32,000 nt of DNA from Candidatus Methylomirabilis oxygeniifera (GTDB lineage: Bacteria > Methylomirabilota > Methylomirabilia > Methylomirabilales > Methylomirabilaceae), in assembly GCA_000091165.1 (NCBI GenBank), contig FP565575.1, positions 1-32,000 of the forward strand, written 5' to 3'. How positions within the stretch are numbered: the stretch's first letter is position 1; the number at the start of each line of letters is the position of its first letter. The position numbers and the translations under genes were made by a program. This document shows, one piece after another, positions 25,698 through 32,000 of the stretch. The notes beneath the pieces are model-generated. The model worked only from the letters and a program-made list of their open reading frames with translations. It ran no database searches and had not been told where the DNA came from.

Positions 25698-25718
25698 GCT
25701 GATCGCTGATTGCTGACG
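25698..25718. repeat. Heptamer tandem repeat GCTGATC GCTGATT GCTGACG
   Basis: 7-nt period for 3 units in the csoR-to-flavoprotein spacer. Confidence 0.6.
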
Positions 25719-25749
25719 GCCGGCTGCTAACAAGTGACGGAGTGACTAG

Positions 25750-26943
25750 GTGCGATACGACACGATCGTAGTTGGCGGCGGCCCTGCCGGGGCAACGGCG
25801 GCGTTGACGCTGGCAACGGCGGGTGCCAGGGTGCTCCTGCTGGAGCGGCGAAGATTGCCTCGCTATAAGGCGTGCGGTGGCTGCCTATCGCAACGGGTGG
25901 AGCGGCTGCTCCCGTTCGACCATGGTAGGCTGATCGAGGAACGGATCACCGGCCTCACCTTTACGTGGCGCGGTCGTGATCCGATCGAGGCGACCTTCCC
26001 GGAGCCGGTGGCCTTTATGGTCTGGCGCAACACGTTTGATCAGGCCCTATGCAGCCGTGCGGTTGACGCCGGAGTTGAGCTGCAGGACGGACAGACAGTC
26101 CGGGCTGTCAAAGCATCAGCGAATTATATCGAGGTCGATCTTGAAGGCAGAACCGTGACCGCTGATTTCCTGGTTGGGGCTGATGGAGCCTGCGGCGTTG
26201 TTGCCAGGGATCTGTTTCCGGATCGCGCGCAGCCTGGTCTCGTGGCGCTGGATGCGGAGCTTCCCTTGACGAGTACGGGAGAGGCCAAACTGAAAGACCG
26301 GGTTATCCTCGATGTGGGTCAGGCGCCGGGAGGGTATGGCTGGGCTTTTCCGAAGGGCGGGGTAGCCTCTGTCGGCGTGGCGGTCGACCGCAGAGCGGCG
26401 AAGCGAGTCCAGTCGTGTCTGACGGCCTTCCTGAACTCGAGTGGGTTCGGTGACCGTAACGCGATGCGGACCACCGGTGCGCTGATTCCAATCCATTGCG
26501 GCGGGAACCGCTCGCTTCATCGCGGACGTGCGCTTCTTACAGGCGATGCGGCACGCCTGGTCGATCCCTTTCTGGGAGAAGGGATCTACTACGCCATCCA
26601 GAGCGGACAACACGCGGCGCAGACCATTCTGACAGACGGGAGCCGCAACGGTGATCTTTCGTCATATCAGGCGGCGGTGTCGAGGACGATCATCCCGGAG
26701 CTCGAGGCGGCCGGTCGGCTAAGCCGGGCGGCCCACCGGGCTCCGTGGCTGTGGTTTCAGGTGCTCAAGCGGCGTCGTGCGGTGATCGATCTGTACAGGA
26801 AGGTCTTGATGGGTGAAGCGAGTTACCGATGGTTCGAGGATCGGGTCTGGGCAGGGACGCCTCGTTCCATCGTCATGCTGTTTGGTCTCTGGGCTGGTCG
26901 AGGAGCGCTCAGCGACAGGCGCCAAAGTGCAGAAAGCTGGTAA
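25750..26943 (+). CDS. FAD-dependent oxidoreductase, geranylgeranyl reductase family
   Basis: 397 aa. N-terminal dinucleotide fold [31 protein letters not shown] followed by KACGG, and a later [18 protein letters not shown] motif. Confidence 0.8.
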   Translation: MRYDTIVVGGGPAGATAALTLATAGARVLLLERRRLPRYKACGGCLSQRVERLLPFDHGRLIEERITGLTFTWRGRDPIEATFPEPVAFMVWRNTFDQALCSRAVDAGVELQDGQTVRAVKASANYIEVDLEGRTVTADFLVGADGACGVVARDLFPDRAQPGLVALDAELPLTSTGEAKLKDRVILDVGQAPGGYGWAFPKGGVASVGVAVDRRAAKRVQSCLTAFLNSSGFGDRNAMRTTGALIPIHCGGNRSLHRGRALLTGDAARLVDPFLGEGIYYAIQSGQHAAQTILTDGSRNGDLSSYQAAVSRTIIPELEAAGRLSRAAHRAPWLWFQVLKRRRAVIDLYRKVLMGEASYRWFEDRVWAGTPRSIVMLFGLWAGRGALSDRRQSAESW

Positions 26944-29591
26944 TGGCCAGAGATCCGATCTGCGGCATGGATGTGCTCCCCGAGGAGGCCGCAGGTACGA
27001 GCCGCTACGAGGGGGTAGATTACTATTTCTGTGCGACGGCCTGTAAGGAGGCGTTCGACAAGTCGCCAGCGCAGTATGTGACTGGGCAGCCCGAGGTACA
27101 AAACAGGAAGTCCGAAATACCCTCCACCCTCCGCGTTACCGAGCTTCCGATCAGAGGAATGACCTGCGCGTCCTGTGTGGCTCGGATCGAGGACGGCCTG
27201 TCGAAGCTCAGTGGTGTCCAGACGGCCGGCGTCAACTTTGCGACGCAACAGGCGACGATCTCATATGATTCCCAACGGGTGACCATCCATCGAATCGTCC
27301 AGGAGGTTCGGGAGCTGGGGTATGAGGTCGCGACGGCAGAGGTCATCTTGCCGGTTAGCGGGATGTCCTGCGCCTCGTGCGTGCAGCATATCGAGCAGGC
27401 GTTGGCGGCGGTCCCGGGGGTGGTTGCCGCCTCTGTGAACTTTGCTACGGAGCGGGCGAGCGTGACTTTCCTTGCCTCAGTCGTTCAGCCGACGGATCTG
27501 CGTCAGGCGATCGAAGAGGCCGGGTACGGGGTTGCGGACGTGGCAGCCGGCGTCATGCCTGATCAAGAGCAGGCGACGGCCGATACGGAGATCCGCCTGC
27601 TTCGGACCAAGTTTCTGGTCGGAGCGGCCCTCAGCGTCCCCGTCCTGGTGGGGAGCTTTCCGGACTGGTTTCCCTGGGCCCCGGCGCTGCTCTCCGACCC
27701 CTACATGTTGTTGGTCCTCACCACGCCGGTACAGTTCTGGGTCGGCCGGCAGTTCCATCGGGGGTTCTGGGCGAGCCTGAAACACCGAACCGCCGACATG
27801 AATACCTTAGTCTCGATCGGGACGAATGCAGCCTACCTGTACAGTGCGGCGCTCACCCTCTTCCCGGCGTCCATCGCACCGTCAGGGATGGAGATGATGA
27901 CCTACTACGACACCGCCGCCATTTTGATGACTCTGATCGTGATGGGAAGGTGGCTCGAGGCTAAGGCGAAAGGTCGGACCTCGGAGGCCATCAGGAAGCT
28001 GATGGGACTTCGGGCCAAGACCGCCCGGGTGATCCGGGACGACTTAGTGCAAGATATCCCGGTGGAGGAGGTCAGGATCGGCGACCTGGTGCTCGTCAGG
28101 CCCGGGGAGAAGGTGCCGGTCGACGGAATCATCCGTGAGGGGCAGTCGGCGTTGGATGAGTCGATGCTGACCGGGGAGAGCCTGCCCGTCGAGAAGGGGC
28201 CGGGCGATCAGGTGATCGGCGCGACGGTCAATAAGATTGGCGGCTTCACGTTCGAGGCGACCCGGGTCGGGCGGGACACCGTCCTCGCCCAGATCGTCCG
28301 GCTGGTGGAGCAGGCCCAGGGATCGAAGGCGCCAATCCAGCGGCTGGTCGATCGGATTGCCGGAATCTTTGTCCCGATCGTTTTAGTGATTGCCGTCGTC
28401 ACGTTCGGGGTATGGTTACTGGTCGGAGGGGAACAGGCGTTTCTTGTTGCCCTCTCCAACTTCGTGGCCGTCCTGGTGATCGCCTGCCCCTGCGCGTTAG
28501 GTCTGGCGACGCCCACGTCGATCATGGTCGGCATCGGGAAGGGGGCGGAGTACGGCGTCCTGATCAAGAACGCCGAGAGTCTTGAACGGGCCTACCGGGT
28601 GAACGTCATTGTGTTCGACAAGACCGGTACGCTGACCGTCGGCCAACCATCCGTCACCGACATCATTCCGAGCTCAACACTCAACACTCAACACTCCACG
28701 CCTGACATTCTTCTTAGGCTGGCTGCCTCGGCGGAACAAGGCTCGGAGCACCCGCTTGGGCAGGCCATCATCGACTACGCCAAGGCGCAAGGGCTTGCGC
28801 TTGCCAGGCCGCAGGAGTTCAAAGCGGCCCCGGGACACGGGATCAGGGCCGTTGTAGAGGGACGGGAGGTCCTGCTTGGTAATGTTGTCCTGATGCGGCA
28901 GCACGGCATCGACCTTGCCGGAATGGACGCCCAGGCAGAGTCGTTATCGGGGGAGGGGAAGACGCCGATGTTTGTCGCTGCCGATGGGCGGCTGTTTGGG
29001 ATCATCGCCGTGGCCGACGTCGTCAAGCCGCATTCGAAGGCGGCCGTGACCGCCTTGCATGGCTTGGGCATCGAGGTGGCAATGATCACCGGTGATACCC
29101 GTCGGACGGCCGAGGCCATTGCCGGACAGGTCGGGATCGATCGAGTTCTGGCGGAGGTCCTGCCGGAGCATAAGGCCCTGGAGGTCCGACGACTTCAGGA
29201 GCAGGGGAGGTTGGTGGCGATGGTAGGCGACGGGATCAACGATGCCCCTGCCCTGGCCCAGGCCGATGTCGGGGTCGCCATCGGTACCGGGACCGATGTA
29301 GCGATGGAGGCGGCCGATATTACCCTGATCGGTGGCGATCTGCGAAGCGTCGTGACGGCCCTCCAGCTCAGCAGGTTGACGATGCGCAACATCAGACAGA
29401 ACCTGTTTTGGGCGTTTGCCTATAATACGGTCTTGATTCCGGTAGCCGCCGGGGTCCTCTACCCATTGTTTGGGGTCATGTTAAGTCCGGTCCTGGCCAG
29501 CGCAGCTATGGCGCTATCCTCGGTGACTGTCGTCAGCAATGCCCTCCGATTGCGGAGATTCCGACCGATGGGCGTCGCCGTATCGGCATAG
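26943..29591 (+). CDS. copA: Copper-translocating P1B-type ATPase with an N-terminal TRASH/YHS domain and two HMA domains
   Basis: The ATG overlaps the upstream stop (TAATG). TRASH domain DPICGMDV...[15 protein letters not shown] motifs GMTCASCV and GMSCASCV. Also CPC ([11 protein letters not shown]), DKTGTLT, SEHPL and GDGINDAP. The tracked 920-aa version starts inside the upstream gene. Confidence 0.93.
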   Translation: MARDPICGMDVLPEEAAGTSRYEGVDYYFCATACKEAFDKSPAQYVTGQPEVQNRKSEIPSTLRVTELPIRGMTCASCVARIEDGLSKLSGVQTAGVNFATQQATISYDSQRVTIHRIVQEVRELGYEVATAEVILPVSGMSCASCVQHIEQALAAVPGVVAASVNFATERASVTFLASVVQPTDLRQAIEEAGYGVADVAAGVMPDQEQATADTEIRLLRTKFLVGAALSVPVLVGSFPDWFPWAPALLSDPYMLLVLTTPVQFWVGRQFHRGFWASLKHRTADMNTLVSIGTNAAYLYSAALTLFPASIAPSGMEMMTYYDTAAILMTLIVMGRWLEAKAKGRTSEAIRKLMGLRAKTARVIRDDLVQDIPVEEVRIGDLVLVRPGEKVPVDGIIREGQSALDESMLTGESLPVEKGPGDQVIGATVNKIGGFTFEATRVGRDTVLAQIVRLVEQAQGSKAPIQRLVDRIAGIFVPIVLVIAVVTFGVWLLVGGEQAFLVALSNFVAVLVIACPCALGLATPTSIMVGIGKGAEYGVLIKNAESLERAYRVNVIVFDKTGTLTVGQPSVTDIIPSSTLNTQHSTPDILLRLAASAEQGSEHPLGQAIIDYAKAQGLALARPQEFKAAPGHGIRAVVEGREVLLGNVVLMRQHGIDLAGMDAQAESLSGEGKTPMFVAADGRLFGIIAVADVVKPHSKAAVTALHGLGIEVAMITGDTRRTAEAIAGQVGIDRVLAEVLPEHKALEVRRLQEQGRLVAMVGDGINDAPALAQADVGVAIGTGTDVAMEAADITLIGGDLRSVVTALQLSRLTMRNIRQNLFWAFAYNTVLIPVAAGVLYPLFGVMLSPVLASAAMALSSVTVVSNALRLRRFRPMGVAVSA

Positions 29592-29669
29592 GGCGTATCG
29601 ATGTGATAGAATCTCGAATAGTAAAATATAAAGCGGCGGTTCGTGTGACAAGAGAGGGGGTGAAAACGT

Positions 29670-30089
29670 ATGGAGCAAGATGCAGTAAAAAAGACTGATC
29701 GGCGACTGGTTCTCAGGGTTCTTGCTGGAGGCGCGTTAAGCCTTCTCGTTGCGCCTGTTGCCGGTTGGACAGCGGGAGGCGATAGTGCGGCTCAGGCGAT
29801 CCCGAGGCGGCCGCGCCCGGCGACGCCCTCTCCGGCACTGTTCCGTGGAAAGCTGGCTGAGACCTATCGGATCGCGAAGGAGGCGCCGGAACTGATCGAG
29901 CAGATGCCGTGTTATTGCGGGTGCGGGAGAATGGCCGGCCATCAGAACAACCTGGATTGCTATACGGATCGGCACGCGGACACGTGAGTGATGTGCCAAG
30001 ACATTACGCTGGATGCGTATGCCATGTACAAGCAAGGAAAGAAAATTCCGGAGATCAAGGCGGTAATTGACCGAAAATATGCGAGATGA
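29670..30089 (+). CDS. PCYCGC-motif protein with a Tat-like signal, interrupted by an in-frame TGA at 29985-29987 (candidate Sec codon, or a pseudogene)
   Basis: RRLVLRVLAGG signal and the MPCYCGCG motif. After TGA the same frame reads VMCQDITLDAYAMYKQGKKIPEIKAVIDRKYAR, then TGA at 30087-30089. This gives T-[TGA]-V-M-C. Confidence 0.55.
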
Positions 30090-30101
30090 GAGGGGAGAGC
30101 T

Positions 30102-30248
30102 ATGGCGATAGATCCCGTGTGCAAGATGACGGTAGACGAAAAACAGGCGGCGGCGACAGCCGTGCATCAGGGGGTGACCTACTATTTTTGCGCCGTAGGC
30201 TGCAAGCGCGCCTTCGAACAGTCGCCGGAGAAATACCTGTCGAAATAA
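30102..30248 (+). CDS. YHS/TRASH-domain metal-binding mini-protein (48 aa)
   Basis: Not in the ORF track. Sequence: MAIDPVCKMTVDEKQAAATAVHQGVTYYFCAVGCKRAFEQSPEKYLSK. GAGGGGAG RBS. It parallels the copA N-terminus. Confidence 0.75.
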   Translation: MAIDPVCKMTVDEKQAAATAVHQGVTYYFCAVGCKRAFEQSPEKYLSK

Positions 30249-30286
30249 GCGACAGGCCGGAAGTGCGGGAGCGGTAGTGTATTGCC

Positions 30287-31453
30287 CTACGCCGCCCGGA
30301 GGGCGTCGACGATCTTCATGCGCGCGGCGCGCACCGCGGGCAGGAACCCGCCGGCCAGCCCCATTGTGAGCGCGAAGACCAGCGACTTCCCGACGATCTC
30401 CGGCGTCAGCGTGAAGCGGAACGCCAGTTCCGAGAACGACTGCCAATTCATCGTCGAGATCTGGACAAGCTGCATCGCCGACGCGCACGCGAGCCCCACT
30501 ACCCAGCCGACCAGTCCGAGAAACAGTGCCTCGGCGAGGAACGCCACCAGGATCGAGCCGCGCCGGAACCCGAGGGCGCGCAGCGCGCCGATCTCCGAGG
30601 TGCGGGTTGCCACTGCGGCGTACATAGTGATCATCGCGCCGATCATTGCGCCGACCGAGAAGATGACCGAGAGGGTCAGCCCCAGGTAACTGATGAAGTT
30701 CGACATGACCTGCGACTGCTCTTCATAAAAGGTGCGCTCGCGCTTAACGTCGAGCGTCAGTCGCGGATCGGAATCGAGCCGCTGCTTCAGCGCGTCGAAC
30801 TGCGACGGATCGGCGAGACGCGCCGCGAGTGACGAGAATGCCGACCGTCGGAATGCCTGGATCATCTGTTCACCGTCGCCCCACACCTCCGAGTCGAACG
30901 CCGATCCGCCGGCGTCGAAGACGCCCACCACCGTCCACTCGCGGCTGCCGAAACGGAGTCGTTCGCCGATCCCCGTACCCTCGAAGCGCTCGGCGATGCT
31001 TCTGCCTACTGTGATCTCGGTGCTGTCGGGTCGAAACATCCGTCCGAAGACGACCCGGACCTGGGGACGCAGGGCGAGACCTTGCGCGCCGACCCCACGA
31101 ACAGTGACATTGGTCGGTACGCCGGTGCCGCGCTTGGGCTGCGTGATCAGGACGACCACCTCCTTCGACGCCATCCTCGCCCCGTCAGGGCCGATAGCAA
31201 TCTCCGGCTGGCTCTCGATGATCGCCGCTTGCGCGCGGGCGACAGAACTCTGGATTTCGGTGCCGGAAGAGCGGCGGGTCACCAGGATGTTGTTCGGCTG
31301 TCCGGTCGCGATGAGCGTCTGCTTGAGTCCGGCGTCGAGCATCATCACCACCGCGAACACAAAGACGACGAGCGCCATCCCGCCCGCCGTCAGCGCGGTG
31401 GTATACTTCCGAGCCCAGAGGTTGCGTACACTGTATGAGACGGGAATCGGCAT
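30287..31453 (-). CDS. ABC transporter permease, FtsX/MacB type
   Basis: 388 aa. N-terminal TM, a large periplasmic domain, and a C-terminal FtsX 3-TM bundle (...EIGALRALGFRRGSIL...). Confidence 0.85.
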   Translation of the reverse strand: MPIPVSYSVRNLWARKYTTALTAGGMALVVFVFAVVMMLDAGLKQTLIATGQPNNILVTRRSSGTEIQSSVARAQAAIIESQPEIAIGPDGARMASKEVVVLITQPKRGTGVPTNVTVRGVGAQGLALRPQVRVVFGRMFRPDSTEITVGRSIAERFEGTGIGERLRFGSREWTVVGVFDAGGSAFDSEVWGDGEQMIQAFRRSAFSSLAARLADPSQFDALKQRLDSDPRLTLDVKRERTFYEEQSQVMSNFISYLGLTLSVIFSVGAMIGAMITMYAAVATRTSEIGALRALGFRRGSILVAFLAEALFLGLVGWVVGLACASAMQLVQISTMNWQSFSELAFRFTLTPEIVGKSLVFALTMGLAGGFLPAVRAARMKIVDALRAA

Positions 31454-31469
31454 GGTTCTCGCTCCGCTG

Positions 31470-32000
31470 TCATCCGACGGCGCGCAGCCCCTCGACGATC
31501 TTGACTGTTGCAGCCCGCCGCCCGGGCACGGCCGCCGCGATCATCCCGACGCCGATCGCGCAGACGATCTGCAGGACAACCGTCTCGCCGCTGACTTTAA
31601 AGACCGGGAATATCGTCCCCACCTTCGCGGCGAACCAGTCGGCGACCGGGAACGTGAGCGCGATGCCGGCCGCCGCGCCGATCACGGCGATCGCCACCGA
31701 TTCGCCGACGATAAGCGCTGCGACGTAGCCGGGTGAGAAGCCGAGGACCTTGAGTGTCGCGTACTCGGAGAGCCGCTCGCGGGCGGTCATTGCCATCGTA
31801 TTGGCCATGACCGCCAGGATGATGACGATCACCACGTAGGAGACGATCCTGATGGCGATGACCAGTGCCTCCGTCTGCTTGACGAAGCCGATCTGAAAGG
31901 CGCGCTCGGTTTCGGTCAGCGTCTCGGCCAGTGAGTTCTTGAACAGGACGTCGATCGCGCGGCTCACCTCGGCGACGCGGTCGATGTCGATGACGTCGAC
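31470..32000 (-). CDS. ABC transporter permease, FtsX/MacB type (C-terminal part; continues beyond the window)
   Basis: FtsX-domain sequence RERLSEYATLKVLGFSPGYV... The frame stays open to the window edge, and the tracked Met is an internal GTG. Confidence 0.8.
   Translation of the reverse strand, partial: VDVIDIDRVAEVSRAIDVLFKNSLAETLTETERAFQIGFVKQTEALVIAIRIVSYVVIVIILAVMANTMAMTARERLSEYATLKVLGFSPGYVAALIVGESVAIAVIGAAAGIALTFPVADWFAAKVGTIFPVFKVSGETVVLQIVCAIGVGMIAAAVPGRRAATVKIVEGLRAVG

Noticed and set aside
26829-26942. N-terminal extension of the tracked 920-aa copA ORF
   Set aside because: It overlaps the 3' end of the flavoprotein gene in another frame. The TRASH domain begins right at ATG 26943, which forms a TAATG coupling junction.
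29736-30488. 250-aa minus-strand ORF spanning the PCYCGC and YHS genes
   Set aside because: It is antisense to two motif-bearing plus-strand genes and runs into the ABC permease gene frame. It is Arg-rich and low-complexity.
30732-31736. 334-aa plus-strand ORF
   Set aside because: It is antisense to the two FtsX-type permease genes and is Ser/Arg/Pro-rich with no motifs.
1-32000. CRISPR arrays, tRNA, rRNA, tmRNA, RNase P and SRP RNA
   Set aside because: There are no regularly spaced 25-40-nt direct repeats; the only tandem arrays are 7-nt units spanning under 40 nt. No T-loop GGTTCGAATCC-like motifs in a cloverleaf context were seen, and no conserved cores of the other RNAs were seen by eye.

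Overview
About 60% GC bacterial chromosome segment that begins at dnaA, so it is probably near the numbering origin. No rRNA, tRNA or CRISPR array was found. By eye the window is a compositional and functional mosaic. (1) 0-7.8 kb is core: dnaA, an hpnA-like epimerase, and a minus-strand envelope-quality-control operon (htrA, DUF192, an active and an inactive M16 peptidase, ccdA). (2) 7.8-9.7 kb holds a start-less, antitoxin-less yoeB/txe toxin remnant beside a visibly AT-richer lipoprotein alpha/beta-hydrolase gene, likely a horizontally acquired islet. (3) 9.7-14.1 kb holds suhB, an untracked 39-aa rubredoxin-like ORF, cstA, a second IMPase-family gene, and a ytxH/DUF948 pair. (4) 14.1-15.3 kb has no convincing long ORF. 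It does carry a sigma70-like promoter, a tandem TTCGAAG repeat, a 30-aa hydrophobic ORF with a near-perfect Shine-Dalgarno, and a strong intrinsic terminator. (5) 15.3-17.3 kb holds uspA and a membrane-anchored Kelch propeller. (6) 17.3-24.8 kb is a mobile-element nest: a group II intron with an RT/maturase, a frameshifted SAM methyltransferase, an IS110-family element with a long non-coding 5' end (bridge-RNA candidate), and a complete IS21 (istAB). (7) 25.2-30.25 kb is a copper cluster: csoR with promoter and operator, a GGR-like flavoprotein translationally coupled to copA (TRASH plus 2xHMA), a PCYCGC-motif protein interrupted by an in-frame TGA at a U-x-x-C position (selenocysteine candidate), and a 48-aa YHS mini-protein. 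(8) 30.3-32 kb holds GC-richer FtsX/MacB-type ABC permeases. Heptameric tandem repeats (GGGTNNA, including TTTAGGG-like units, and GCTGAnn) recur in intergenic spacers. All family calls rest on motif recognition by eye; no database search was run.
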